The position numbers were made by a program, and so were the translations under genes. Below, piece after piece: positions 30,463 to 40,588 of a stretch of DNA of 64,000 bases (positions are counted from its first letter, which is position 1; each line of letters starts with the position of its first letter). Below the pieces are notes generated by a model. It did not search any database and had not been told where the DNA came from. It saw nothing but the letters and a program-made list of their open reading frames with translations. The stretch is from Poseidonia sp. (GTDB lineage Archaea; Thermoplasmatota; Poseidoniia; Poseidoniales; Poseidoniaceae). The stretch covers positions 10,928 to 74,927 of the forward strand of contig JAUREO010000002.1 of the NCBI GenBank assembly GCA_030827365.1, read 5' to 3'.

Positions 30463-33400
30463 CTAATCCTGCCACTCAGCCCAATCATCCCAGCCTTGTT
30501 CTCTGTACCACCAAACACCGAGTTCATCTTCATACCACTCAGTGCCATCCTCATCGATAGTGATGCCATCATCCGATGCCTCTTCTTGGTGTTCTTCAGG
30601 TTCTTCTTCTGATTCTTCGATGACATCGATTTGTCTTTTCTCGCCAAGACTGAAGTCGATACCTCGTTCTTCTGGTGCATCTTCACCAATGGTTTTTCCT
30701 TCTGCTTTCAGGGCATCAAGTGATTTTATCTCAACCTGTACATTCTCTCGGTCTTCGGGTTCATCAGTAGGTTGAACCATGTCCATTGCTTCTTCATACC
30801 AATCATCACCATCGTCTTCATCCTCACGGTCGGACCTTGCAGAAACAATCTTTGAAACAACGAGAATAACGACGACGAGCGCCAGTATTCCACCTCCAAC
30901 AGACAGCAATATGCTTTGAAGACTTGATGTCGATTCTGGTGTATCACTTGACTCTGGTGTATCGATGATAGGGTCATCAATATTCCAACGTAGTAAAGAG
31001 GCGGAAGAAGAGGTCAAGTCGGCTGATTCGGTCCATGTTGTTTGAATGGTGATTGTCGAATCATAAGACCCTCCAGAAGTGAGAACGACTGTTGTATCTC
31101 GGTTAAGAAGAATGGTCACCGTCTTCGTCTCATTGTCTTGAAGTGACAAGCCGTCTGCTGAAAACGAAACGCCGACAATATCCATACTTTCAATGACAAA
31201 TGAAACATCGACCGAAAATGGATTTGGATTCTCTAAACTACACTCATATGTTACCGAACTCGCACCCACTTCAAACGGAAGCGAAAGATCTGGGCAACTC
31301 AAGATGACATCGGTAATATCAGTTGGACTCCAATCTTCAGTCGTGTTGTTTTGATTGGAATCATCTGCGTAATTCAAGGTCACCTCAGCCGCCGTTTGTG
31401 AGTAAAATAGATGCTCTTCGAGACCTGTCAAACGAATCTCAAGCAATTGTCCGTCTTCAGCACTACCTGTAAGAAGCATGGTGCCTGATATCGAGGTAGT
31501 ACCCTCATCGTGGAGCGATCCGTCGGAAGATTTTCGTTTCCACTCAAGTGTGCCTGTCGATAGAAGTTCATCTTGAATTGACGGTGTAGATGTCAATGAA
31601 ATTTCGACAGCATATTGGCCATCAATGAGTTCTGATTCGGATGGCATTGATACATCGATTATTGCTCCACCAAGGACCATTAATTCTGAAGAAGTAGGTG
31701 CAAGAGGTTGCTCGGTTGGAACATCTTGGCCAGCAAATGATGCTTCAATGGTGAGTTGACCAAGCAATGAAGTTACTTCGGTGATGGTTGAAAAGTCCGT
31801 CAATGAAACGGAGCCAAACCCTGCATCATCGGTGACAAGGTCAACTTGATGTGAGCCTAAATCATGAGACAATGTAACTGTCACTTCTTTCGAGGCCACA
31901 ATACCTTCACTCGATTCGAGATTGATTTGAATTTCAAATGATTCGTCGAGGACAACAGTGTGTTGATCGGAAAGGTGAGAAGTGTTTGTTACGGAGATTG
32001 TCACTGTTGTATCTAAAACAACATCATTCCGTGGATAAATAGGTCCGACAGATACTACTGTCGTGGTGTAATTTCCATGTTCATCAGCACCAACAACGCC
32101 AAGGTAATATCCAGTTCCATCCACAAGCGTTTGTCCAGAAGCATCTTGGATGAGCTCAATACTGGTGACCGAACTATCCACGGTCTCTGCAACATTCATT
32201 CCGCTCACATTCGAGAATGATGATGTGCTTACAAAGATATGATACTCTTCCACACTCGAATTTCCTGCATCCCATGAGACGAGAATGGCACTCCCCTCAT
32301 CATCAGGGCGATCGCTCGCACTGACATTTTCTATCTGGCCAGGAGCAGGTGGAAAGGGAACTGTTACATTGAGAGGTTCGGAAAGATTGCTGACAATTCC
32401 GAAATCATGAATCGAACGAACGTAATAGGAATAGGTTGTGTTTGCTACGACATTGACATCAATGGATAGATTTGAGATTGTAGAATCATATGGCTGTGCA
32501 ACAGTGTCAACTGTTCCACCAAGTGGTGTTCGATACACAGCAAAATTCAACAAACCTTCACCGAAATAAGATTGGTTTTGCCATGCGATTTGAACCATTG
32601 TCGATGTCAGTTGGTCCAGCCTCAATACCGGTGTGGGTGGAACAACAAGATTTGGAGCTCCGTCCGAGTAAAGAATGCTAAGGGCGACTAAATTCACTGA
32701 ACCTTGTGCGGAACTGTTGAACGGCATATCAAATGAAAACGTCCCGTTTCCAAGAATCATTTTTTGATTCATTATGTTGGTAAGATTACCGATGATGTGT
32801 GGATTGATATCAACAATAAAATCGGCAGTGTATCGAATGGACATATTGCTCAGGACAAATGTTCCATTTCCGCTTGAGTCGTAGCTCATGTTGAATGTTG
32901 ACATTTTCACTCCGTATCCGTCGGTTGAATAGCTCCATCCATTTGATACCAATGAGAGAACGTTGGCGAGTTGATTTGACAAATCGGGTATTTGCAATGG
33001 TGAGGAGCCTGCCGCCCCGTTTCCAGCATACCCTTCGGCAGAGACATCCATATCTCCATTTTTGTCAATGTCGTACATCGCCCTGTGCCAAGTGCCAATG
33101 TAGACGCCTTTTTGATTTCCTTCTCCTGCAGCAACAACCTGATCTGTTATGCCATCGCCATCAAAATCGAGTGTTTGGACCATCGTTGGGTTCGTCCATG
33201 GTTCGAGATAAAATTCGGTGGAATTCAAGCTTGACTCGGTGACATGATGGCCGACGAGTTTTCCTTCTTTCGTTGCGGGATTGTTGTCGGTAATTCCTGC
33301 ATCTGGTATGAACACTGAAAATTGACCATCGCCATCGTGGTCAAAGATTCTTGCTGAAGTCAAATCCAAAGCTGATGTTTGTGTTGAAATTGACCATGTC

Positions 33401-34614
33401 GAGCCAGTATTGTTGGCGAAAACAAGGCCCTGTGGGCTTGAAGCGATGAAATCGATGTCTGAATCTCCATCAAGGTCACCGGGGATTGCTCCTGATGGTA
33501 AACCGTCAAAGACCACCGATGTCGGAGAAAGCCCAGTAGATGCTTGATAAATCACTTCAGTGCTGTGAACTTCAAACGAATTATCGGTCACGATGGCGGT
33601 ATAATCCGAATTAGGCCCGTCGAATTTCATGACATAGAGTGCGACGAGTGTAGCGGGGACCGCTGAATTGTTTTCGTTAATGGTGGCGTTCCCGTTCTGA
33701 CCAATAGCCGCAAACACGGTATTCCTAGCATCAAATTCTTGCAGTGCAACTTCGCCATTGTTTCGAATGGTGATTAAATCCGAGGCCCCATCTCCCGTGA
33801 GGTCTCCGACTGCAATGTCAATAATGGTTTGAGAAATAGAATTGTTAACCTGTTGGTCAAACTGACTGGTTGTTGTGTTGTACATATGAATACACAATTT
33901 GCCTGAGGTAAGGTTGACCGATGCAACATCTGCAAATCCATCGCCGTCAAAATCATCAGCAAGCACCCTATTACTTGCACAAGTCGAATTCGATGCGATG
34001 GAAGAAACACCTCCACTTGACATTGAAAACACATGGATTTCTGTTGATGTGCCGTTTTGTGCAAGTAAAACCACATCGTCAAGTGCATCTCCATCAACGT
34101 CGCTGGTTTGAATGTCTTTGACTTGACCAATTGGATAAAATCCGCCACCTACGTTTGATTGATATATCGTATCGAGGTTAATTGAATCGATGGTTAAGCC
34201 ATAAGGTAGGAAAATATCTGAAGAATTGGACATGGAATTGACTGTAGATGAAATTGTATCAACCACTGCTCCCCCATCAAACACATTTTGGTCGCCGATG
34301 GGACCGTACGAAGGGTCGGTAAAATTCCATTCATTTTGCCCATCTTCGTCGATATCGAGCCAAAGTTGGCCAGGTGATTGATAAGAAGATGTGGTTTGAA
34401 TCATGAATGTGGCATTCTCAACGGTGGTATTTCGCACGAGATTAATCGATACAGTCGTTGTAGTTTGACCACCCAAATCAAGTTGAAATTGGGCGGAACC
34501 GTCTGAAAAATTTACGATGCTACCTCCACCATCAGCATGTGCAGGAAGTAAAGGGAAAATGAATGCTGAAAGAACCATACATGTCAAAAAAGCCACTTTT
34601 TTTTGCCGGGACAT
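30463..34614 (-). CDS. Large surface protein: FG-GAP/VCBS repeats, FN3/Ig-like domains, C-terminal TM and acidic Trp-rich tail
   Basis: Signal peptide; repeated DxDGDG (DFDGDGFAD, DLTGDGASD, DLDGDSDID); FN3-like YSYYVRS; TM near aa 1240-1260. Confidence 0.85.
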   Translation of the reverse strand: MSRQKKVAFLTCMVLSAFIFPLLPAHADGGGSIVNFSDGSAQFQLDLGGQTTTTVSINLVRNTTVENATFMIQTTSSYQSPGQLWLDIDEDGQNEWNFTDPSYGPIGDQNVFDGGAVVDTISSTVNSMSNSSDIFLPYGLTIDSINLDTIYQSNVGGGFYPIGQVKDIQTSDVDGDALDDVVLLAQNGTSTEIHVFSMSSGGVSSIASNSTCASNRVLADDFDGDGFADVASVNLTSGKLCIHMYNTTTSQFDQQVNNSISQTIIDIAVGDLTGDGASDLITIRNNGEVALQEFDARNTVFAAIGQNGNATINENNSAVPATLVALYVMKFDGPNSDYTAIVTDNSFEVHSTEVIYQASTGLSPTSVVFDGLPSGAIPGDLDGDSDIDFIASSPQGLVFANNTGSTWSISTQTSALDLTSARIFDHDGDGQFSVFIPDAGITDNNPATKEGKLVGHHVTESSLNSTEFYLEPWTNPTMVQTLDFDGDGITDQVVAAGEGNQKGVYIGTWHRAMYDIDKNGDMDVSAEGYAGNGAAGSSPLQIPDLSNQLANVLSLVSNGWSYSTDGYGVKMSTFNMSYDSSGNGTFVLSNMSIRYTADFIVDINPHIIGNLTNIMNQKMILGNGTFSFDMPFNSSAQGSVNLVALSILYSDGAPNLVVPPTPVLRLDQLTSTMVQIAWQNQSYFGEGLLNFAVYRTPLGGTVDTVAQPYDSTISNLSIDVNVVANTTYSYYVRSIHDFGIVSNLSEPLNVTVPFPPAPGQIENVSASDRPDDEGSAILVSWDAGNSSVEEYHIFVSTSSFSNVSGMNVAETVDSSVTSIELIQDASGQTLVDGTGYYLGVVGADEHGNYTTTVVSVGPIYPRNDVVLDTTVTISVTNTSHLSDQHTVVLDESFEIQINLESSEGIVASKEVTVTLSHDLGSHQVDLVTDDAGFGSVSLTDFSTITEVTSLLGQLTIEASFAGQDVPTEQPLAPTSSELMVLGGAIIDVSMPSESELIDGQYAVEISLTSTPSIQDELLSTGTLEWKRKSSDGSLHDEGTTSISGTMLLTGSAEDGQLLEIRLTGLEEHLFYSQTAAEVTLNYADDSNQNNTTEDWSPTDITDVILSCPDLSLPFEVGASSVTYECSLENPNPFSVDVSFVIESMDIVGVSFSADGLSLQDNETKTVTILLNRDTTVVLTSGGSYDSTITIQTTWTESADLTSSSASLLRWNIDDPIIDTPESSDTPESTSSLQSILLSVGGGILALVVVILVVSKIVSARSDREDEDDGDDWYEEAMDMVQPTDEPEDRENVQVEIKSLDALKAEGKTIGEDAPEERGIDFSLGEKRQIDVIEESEEEPEEHQEEASDDGITIDEDGTEWYEDELGVWWYREQGWDDWAEWQD

Positions 34615-34748
34615 ATGCTTGCCTCGATTGGCTGACTGTATTTCTATTCAATATGCTTACGGTATCCTCAAAATTCTTCAAAATGCACAAAAATCTGTTT
34701 AGATTTATTTTACACAAGATTATCAATGAGATAGTGTAGTTTGGTACA

Positions 34749-35255
34749 ATGGCAATCCATCATCGAAATCGAATTCACATCTCAATTGGAGATGTTGTCA
34801 TCGATTTAGAAGGTTCAACCATCCAGGTCGACGAAGAATTTGACCTTCTGAAGGGTGACGATTCTTGGTCACACCTGATTGAAAAATTACGAGACGCAAG
34901 AGAACTTGCCGTGGAGGCTGCTGTTCGTGCAGTCAAAGATGTAGGCCTTCCTGAGCGAGGTTCTGCGTTCTTGGCACTGGTCAAAAAGTCTGCATTACAA
35001 CGCAAACCTGACCAAGTTCTCGGTGCGATTCACTATCTAAGGGAGGTTGAGGGGAAGTCCGACTGCCCTCCTCGTGTCATTGAAGATTTGTTTGAAGATG
35101 CAGGTCTTGAAAAACCAGGAAACCTTTCACTCTATCTTAACCGACTTCGAGAAAAAGAATACCTATGCATTCCAGACGGTGTCGAAGACAAAAACAGATA
35201 CGCAATACTTACACCCGAAGGCCGCGCCCACCTCGACAAGCGTTCGCTTGAATGA
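34749..35255 (+). CDS. Hypothetical protein with C-terminal winged-helix-like domain
   Basis: NLSLYLNRLREKEYL...YAILTPEGR wHTH-like ending. Confidence 0.65.
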   Translation: MAIHHRNRIHISIGDVVIDLEGSTIQVDEEFDLLKGDDSWSHLIEKLRDARELAVEAAVRAVKDVGLPERGSAFLALVKKSALQRKPDQVLGAIHYLREVEGKSDCPPRVIEDLFEDAGLEKPGNLSLYLNRLREKEYLCIPDGVEDKNRYAILTPEGRAHLDKRSLE

Positions 35256-35264
35256 GGTGTAAGT

Positions 35265-35720
35265 ATGGTCATGTCGGGTGGAGGGCAAGGTGACCCTCGA
35301 GACGACCCTGATACTCACGAAGATGCGGAAGTGATTGATGCCTCCTATCAAAACCACAAGGGGGCGATTTTTCGCGGGGGGCGGCATTCAGGTTCAAATT
35401 TCAAAAGAGCCATTCTTGATGGTGCAGACCTTACGGGAGCAGATTTTACAAAATGTGACTTTCGAAAAGCATCGATGATAGGTGCGGACCTCATGAAATC
35501 CGCTTTTGATGGGTCGGATTTCCGTGGTGCTGATCTAAAAAAAGCAAGATTGAATCTATCGAATTTTCGAAATTGTCGACTTCAGGGAGCAGATTTGAGG
35601 GGTATTCGAGGAAAGTATGCAATTTGGCAAGATAGCGATTGGTGGAATGCCATTATCGACGATGATTTACGCAAAGCCCTTGCAAAAAAATGGCCGCGAC
35701 CTCAAGATTCTTCATCTTGA
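35265..35720 (+). CDS. Pentapeptide repeat protein
   Basis: A(D/N)L/Fxx repeats: AILDG ADLTG ADFTK CDFRK ASMIG ADLMK. Confidence 0.9.
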   Translation: MVMSGGGQGDPRDDPDTHEDAEVIDASYQNHKGAIFRGGRHSGSNFKRAILDGADLTGADFTKCDFRKASMIGADLMKSAFDGSDFRGADLKKARLNLSNFRNCRLQGADLRGIRGKYAIWQDSDWWNAIIDDDLRKALAKKWPRPQDSSS

Positions 35721-36277
35721 AGTTCAAGGGTCACTTTCTGGTTCATAGCAAGTCTTGCTTGAGTATTGAGGATTGGCAAAACCGACATTGCAAAACATAG
35801 TCCAAGAACTGTGGACCATAGATACACAGTTGTCATATACGTGATTTGTAGCGATTGATTGAGACCTATTTTGGATTGACGGTAAATATCAAAACTTGTG
35901 ATAAACACAACACAAGTACCAAGGCCAACACCAACACCTGCAATTTTTGAGCCTACAGCATTGAGTTGACGTAACATCAAGCCCCCTACAATACTCGTGC
36001 ATCCCGCAATGCCGAGACCAACCGCTTTGTAAAGGAATGATGATTCTTCTTGATTGACTTTTTCAAATGCACGATAATCATCCAACGTTGTGTTTTCATC
36101 GGTCTGTCGGTTTGAATTTTTGAGTAGAGTATCAACCTCGGCATCACTCAAATCAGAGAAATGGTACATCAAGTTTGAATACGCAAAAAGGAGAAGTAGA
36201 ATTCCACCGATAACCATGAAAGTACCAATGTTCTTTGGTCCTTTCGTGTCTGGGCGTGGTTCAAACATTGGACTCAC
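35702..36277 (-). CDS. Four-TM membrane protein, unknown function
   Basis: Four hydrophobic segments; coupled to the upstream thioesterase (4-nt overlap). Confidence 0.7.
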   Translation of the reverse strand: MSPMFEPRPDTKGPKNIGTFMVIGGILLLLFAYSNLMYHFSDLSDAEVDTLLKNSNRQTDENTTLDDYRAFEKVNQEESSFLYKAVGLGIAGCTSIVGGLMLRQLNAVGSKIAGVGVGLGTCVVFITSFDIYRQSKIGLNQSLQITYMTTVYLWSTVLGLCFAMSVLPILNTQARLAMNQKVTLELQDEES

Positions 36278-36690
36278 TCCACAAGCAAGTGTTCAACCAT
36301 AGCCAAACGAAGTTCTTCGGGAATTGCAACTGGTTGAATGGAGATCATGTCCACACAAACAGTGGTTTGGGAAGATGACCAAACCATCGTTCCGAGTTGG
36401 TTGGTCATGCTGTACTCCCACACACAAGATGAAGAACCAATTTTTGACATCGAAATTTCGATGGTGATGATGTCGCCATATCGAATTGGTGCATGAAATT
36501 CAGAATCAATATGTTTGATAGGAAAGCCAACGCCAATATCATCCAATATCTGTTGATAGTTGTATGGAGTAAATTGCTCCCATGCATCCTCAAACAATCG
36601 ATGACATAAATCGTAAATTCGAGGATAATATGCAATTCCGGCTAAATCAATCATTGGAAAATCGATTTTACGGGTGCATTGAACAGCCAT
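36274..36690 (-). CDS. Acyl-CoA thioesterase (4HBT/hotdog fold)
   Basis: IDLAGIAYYPRIY, FHAPIRYGD, IGSSS. Confidence 0.88.
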   Translation of the reverse strand: MAVQCTRKIDFPMIDLAGIAYYPRIYDLCHRLFEDAWEQFTPYNYQQILDDIGVGFPIKHIDSEFHAPIRYGDIITIEISMSKIGSSSCVWEYSMTNQLGTMVWSSSQTTVCVDMISIQPVAIPEELRLAMVEHLLVE

Positions 36691-36788
36691 GTGAAGTGCT
36701 CAAGGCGGTAGTGTATGAATGCTAGGGTTGAATCATATTTTCGTGCTACCCTGTGTGCTTATATTGGTCAGCCAATTCGGTGGAACGA

Positions 36789-36862
36789 GGCCTGTTAGGG
36801 TAGTCTGGATATCCTTCATCCCTGCGGAGGATGAGACCCGTGTTCGAATCGCGGACGGGCCG
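36789..36862 (+). tRNA. tRNA-Arg(GCG)
   Basis: Acceptor GGCCTGT/ACGGGCC, anticodon arm CATCC-CTGCGGA-GGATG, T arm CCGTG-TTCGAAT-CGCGG; CCA not encoded. Confidence 0.95.
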
Positions 36863-36863
36863 C

Positions 36864-37847
36864 TCATTGGTCACCTTCATAGCCGCCAATCATCTTAATC
36901 TGTTCTTTAAGTTCGTTAATTTCAATCAATGCATTTTCACAAGGCATCTCGCCCCATCGGTCGGTATTATCGGACTCAAACCATGGATTTGACTCAAACA
37001 ATCGGCAAATGCTTTTCGCAAGCGAGGGATAGATGACTGCGGCTCGAAAAACAAAAAGACGATGATACCAAGATGGATGTTCTTTGATTTCAGATGGACA
37101 CTGGGCAAGAAATTCGACCGTTTGAAACAATTCATCAAATTCTTCCGAATGGGTGAAGTCGTTGGATGTGTCCTCGGAGATCGTGGTCCACCAATCTTGT
37201 CGGGGCTTTTGAAATTCAATTTTGTAGCCCGAAATACAAGGGTTCTGGAAATCTATTCGCCATTTCCAATTGTTTGTACCTTGAATGAGAATTTGGCTTT
37301 TGCCAAAATCAATCTCAGCATCGCATCGGTCGCTAAAAAATTTCTCCAAGACATCGGAAATTGGACTTTTCACATATCCATAAGTTCTCACCAATGCAAT
37401 TCTCAATGGGTGCAATTCCTCATGATGAAAAAAGACGTTGTCATTTAACAGACCTAAGACATAGGAGCACATGAAATCTATACCTGGTTGCATAGAGGTA
37501 TTACCAATTTGTATACACGCCTTGGTTGGTGATTGAACAAGTTGATTCAAGGGGTGGACTTCAACTGGTTCGAACGTTGTTCGAATGAAGGGGTTTCGTA
37601 AGGCATCAAGCCACGATTGCATGTTGATTCGGTAGAGGGCTAAATTTCCTTTGACAATCATCCTCATCTCATCTTGAAAATAAATTCGTTCTGAATTTCG
37701 CTCGATAATGTCCTTAAACAGTTCGAGCGACTTTTCGTAACTAACGACAACGCCTTCAAACTCTTCGAAGATTTCTTGCTTGGCGGTCTTGAACAAAGGA
37801 GTTGTGCTTTCTGCCCCGAACAACATATCGAGAATCGAATCTGACAT
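36864..37847 (-). CDS. Hypothetical protein (appears to share a module with 15021-17405)
   Basis: Long ORF converging on the tRNA-Arg 3' end; MIVKGNLALYRI...ACIQ...VLGLLND. Confidence 0.7.
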   Translation of the reverse strand: MSDSILDMLFGAESTTPLFKTAKQEIFEEFEGVVVSYEKSLELFKDIIERNSERIYFQDEMRMIVKGNLALYRINMQSWLDALRNPFIRTTFEPVEVHPLNQLVQSPTKACIQIGNTSMQPGIDFMCSYVLGLLNDNVFFHHEELHPLRIALVRTYGYVKSPISDVLEKFFSDRCDAEIDFGKSQILIQGTNNWKWRIDFQNPCISGYKIEFQKPRQDWWTTISEDTSNDFTHSEEFDELFQTVEFLAQCPSEIKEHPSWYHRLFVFRAAVIYPSLAKSICRLFESNPWFESDNTDRWGEMPCENALIEINELKEQIKMIGGYEGDQ

Positions 37848-37871
37848 ATTCAAAACCATTCGCCAGTGTAT

Positions 37872-38543
37872 TTAACCGTCGAGTCTCCAATCCACAATCT
37901 TCCATCCCTGCTCACGGGCATATTTTCGTAAACTGGATTCGGGGTTAACTGCAATTGGATGGCCGCACTCGCGCATAAACCATGAGTCGGCCATCGTGTT
38001 TCCGTACCCATAACAATTCCATAGCTTAGAATTTGACAATTCAGCATCACGTTGCATGATGGGGACCTTGCCCTTTCTGCGAGGAACCGACCAGCCGCGT
38101 TCAGAACCAGAAAGGCGGCCATTTCGCTCGCTTGGACCGCAGCCATATACCACATCGATGCCGAGCACCTTAGCCATTGCCTCTGCCATAGGAGCAACTG
38201 TTGCAGAAATGAGCACAAGTCTGTGTCCCTGTGCTTTGTGCCATTCAATACACTCTCGTGCTTCGCTTGGCACATACTTTGCTAACTTGTTTGTTGCAAG
38301 CTCAACGGACATCGTTTCAAGCACATCCCATGAAGCTAAACAGAAATGGCCTCGATTTCTTGCTGAATCATACAATGACCTACCACGTAACACATTTCCC
38401 ATGAAGCCTAAGGACCACATCATTGTACCAAGCGGAATTCGCCATGGGCGTTTTTTCGCAAGATGAGCGGTTAATGTTTTTTCGCTCGAGGCATTCAATA
38501 ACGTGCCATCAAGGTCAAAATAAGCGGTGATTACCTCGCCCAT
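37872..38543 (-). CDS. HAD-IB family hydrolase (SerB-like)
   Basis: FDLDGTL motif I, LISAT motif II, GK motif III, YGNTMAD motif IV, VNP. Confidence 0.9.
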   Translation of the reverse strand: MGEVITAYFDLDGTLLNASSEKTLTAHLAKKRPWRIPLGTMMWSLGFMGNVLRGRSLYDSARNRGHFCLASWDVLETMSVELATNKLAKYVPSEARECIEWHKAQGHRLVLISATVAPMAEAMAKVLGIDVVYGCGPSERNGRLSGSERGWSVPRRKGKVPIMQRDAELSNSKLWNCYGYGNTMADSWFMRECGHPIAVNPESSLRKYAREQGWKIVDWRLDG

Positions 38544-38595
38544 TGAATAAACTCATCCATCACCACTACATGAGAAGAGCGGATGATTCAATGAT

Positions 38596-38883
38596 TCAAA
38601 CGTAATTATCGTGATTTGATTCTGCTTCGGCCATGCCATAGACACGGCGACCTGCACGGTGATCTTGCCACCAAGTAAGCCATTGCCCAAGATTCCTTGT
38701 GATGAAAAAGCCGACCTTTCGTGGTGTTAAGCCGTGGTTTCTCAGTTGTTGTTCATGATTCAAGTTTGCTACAATAGCCTGTGCAGTGCAACCTGGGTTC
38801 GCTGAAACAAATCGGATAATTTCATCCTTCAATCGTTGAAAGCGAGCCCGCTTCTGACCGCCTATGCCTCCGTTTTTTTGCAT
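38596..38883 (-). CDS. Small basic winged-helix-like protein
   Basis: EIIRFVSANPGCTAQAIV...TPRKVGFFI...GRRVY; start moved to ATG 38883 (TTGATA 30 nt upstream). Confidence 0.65.
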   Translation of the reverse strand: MQKNGGIGGQKRARFQRLKDEIIRFVSANPGCTAQAIVANLNHEQQLRNHGLTPRKVGFFITRNLGQWLTWWQDHRAGRRVYGMAEAESNHDNYV

Positions 38884-38929
38884 AGACCAAAAATCATAGT
38901 GAACCATTATCAAAGAATCGGGGGGATTC

Positions 38930-39283
38930 CTACTGGAATTCAACCGGTTGTGTCGTCTTCCAATTTGCTGTAGCGAGTTTCTTTGCTTTACCATCAGCGA
39001 TGATAGGATGGATATCATTAAGGCGCCCATGCATGCCTTGAACTTGGAATTTTACACGGAGTTCTGCAACACGGTCACGCATCAAAATCTCAACATGTTC
39101 TGGCTCAAGGTCGATGTGAGCGAGAAGCGTTCCTTCTACAGCACATAAAATTTGGAGTTGTTCGTTGGAGAAGACCATTTTTGGTCTAAAATTCCAATCG
39201 TCTGGGTGCAACATCCATACAGAAATATCAAGCGAAAGTGAATCTCGAATGTTAACTCGACTGATTTCGACTGTCTCCACCAT
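38930..39283 (-). CDS. Hypothetical protein
   Basis: ORF filling the gap between neighbours on the same strand; start moved to ATG 39283. Confidence 0.6.
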   Translation of the reverse strand: MVETVEISRVNIRDSLSLDISVWMLHPDDWNFRPKMVFSNEQLQILCAVEGTLLAHIDLEPEHVEILMRDRVAELRVKFQVQGMHGRLNDIHPIIADGKAKKLATANWKTTQPVEFQ

Positions 39284-39329
39284 ACCGCTCAACCTATTCC
39301 AAAAGTCTTTGATTGATACACCTTTCTCT

Positions 39330-40502
39330 TTACATCGATGATTCATTTGTTGCAACTTCGGTTAGTGAAGGACGACCGATCAAGATTTGTATGGTCAATT
39401 CCCAGTCATTGCCGGGGTCTGGGTCTGGCATACCTGGAACAAATGAATCAGGGTCAGATTGGTCAGCACTCACAATCCATATCCATTCTCCAAGGCCATT
39501 GAGTGTAGCGTTCCCACGGAGCAATTCGAAAAGGAGTTGTTCCTTCGAGTCAGAAGAGTACAACGCATTTTCAGGTTGGATGTTGAATTCAAGTATTTCG
39601 ATTTCAGCCTTCGCAGATTCTTGGTTGGAGTAATTTCCTTCTTCTGTTTGTTTTGATGTTCGTAGACCATCATCCATGATTCGAAGAACGAGTGAAAAAT
39701 TATCATATGGTGGGGCAATATCTTGATCCAACTCGAGCAAGGCGCGAATTTCCATAATTCGACCAACCTCAGAAGGTGTCATATTGACTTCCCAAGATTC
39801 GCCTTGCTCAAGGTATTCATCCCAAGAATATTCGATGGTTTCGTAAATCCAAACAACCTCATAAAGTCGTTGGACAATGGAGATCTCAAATGTTCCATAA
39901 GAGCTCGCACCTTGTCCATCGCTTACAACGACACTACCTTTGAGAACGCCGGAAGAAGTAGTCGGTACAATGACCGTTGCTTCAGCAGCATCGACATCAT
40001 TTCTTGGGTCTGTATCCCCGTCGGTATCTTGAGTCCAATCAAGGTCCCAAGCAAACATGAGCTGTGCACCTTCTGGGTCATAGGTTGCAGATGCATCGAA
40101 AAGAATTGAATCACCAGCCCGTACTTGCTCGGGGAATGTTAGGTTAAGCATCGGAGCACCATTGACTGTGATAACTTGAGTGGATTCGTCGGTGCCACCT
40201 TGGTCGTTGGTCACCTTTACGGTCACAGTATACTGACCAAATTGGAGATAACTATGTGAAGTAAAGGCAGAAACTGTTTCGGCTGTTTGACCATCACCAA
40301 AATCCCATTCATATGAAACAAGCACACCCTCTACTGCACTTGACTCTCTGGCATCAAGTGTGACCATCTCGCCAACCTGAATCAATTGGGGATAGGCGAC
40401 GAGTTCTGCACGAGGATTGACTGTCGTATCCAAAATACCTGTGCAACCAGCAGTGACTTGGCAAAGCAGAAGAAGGGTGAACAACAGGCTTGAGGACTTC
40501 AT
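39330..40502 (-). CDS. PKD-domain lipoprotein
   Basis: Lipobox TAGC, YEWDFGDG, YTVTVKVT, second PKD-like FDASATYDPEG. Confidence 0.85.
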   Translation of the reverse strand: MKSSSLLFTLLLLCQVTAGCTGILDTTVNPRAELVAYPQLIQVGEMVTLDARESSAVEGVLVSYEWDFGDGQTAETVSAFTSHSYLQFGQYTVTVKVTNDQGGTDESTQVITVNGAPMLNLTFPEQVRAGDSILFDASATYDPEGAQLMFAWDLDWTQDTDGDTDPRNDVDAAEATVIVPTTSSGVLKGSVVVSDGQGASSYGTFEISIVQRLYEVVWIYETIEYSWDEYLEQGESWEVNMTPSEVGRIMEIRALLELDQDIAPPYDNFSLVLRIMDDGLRTSKQTEEGNYSNQESAKAEIEILEFNIQPENALYSSDSKEQLLFELLRGNATLNGLGEWIWIVSADQSDPDSFVPGMPDPDPGNDWELTIQILIGRPSLTEVATNESSM

Positions 40503-40588
40503 TCGTCCTATCGCTCGTTGCATGAATTTGCGTATTGGTTCTCCTTTCTAATAGTTCGTCTTCATCATGTCAAGGTGTCTTTGTTTTC

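Noticed and set aside
36789-36900. Integrated element at tRNA-Arg
   Set aside because: No integrase, and I noticed no duplicated tRNA 3' end (att site) in the window; nearby genes look like housekeeping genes
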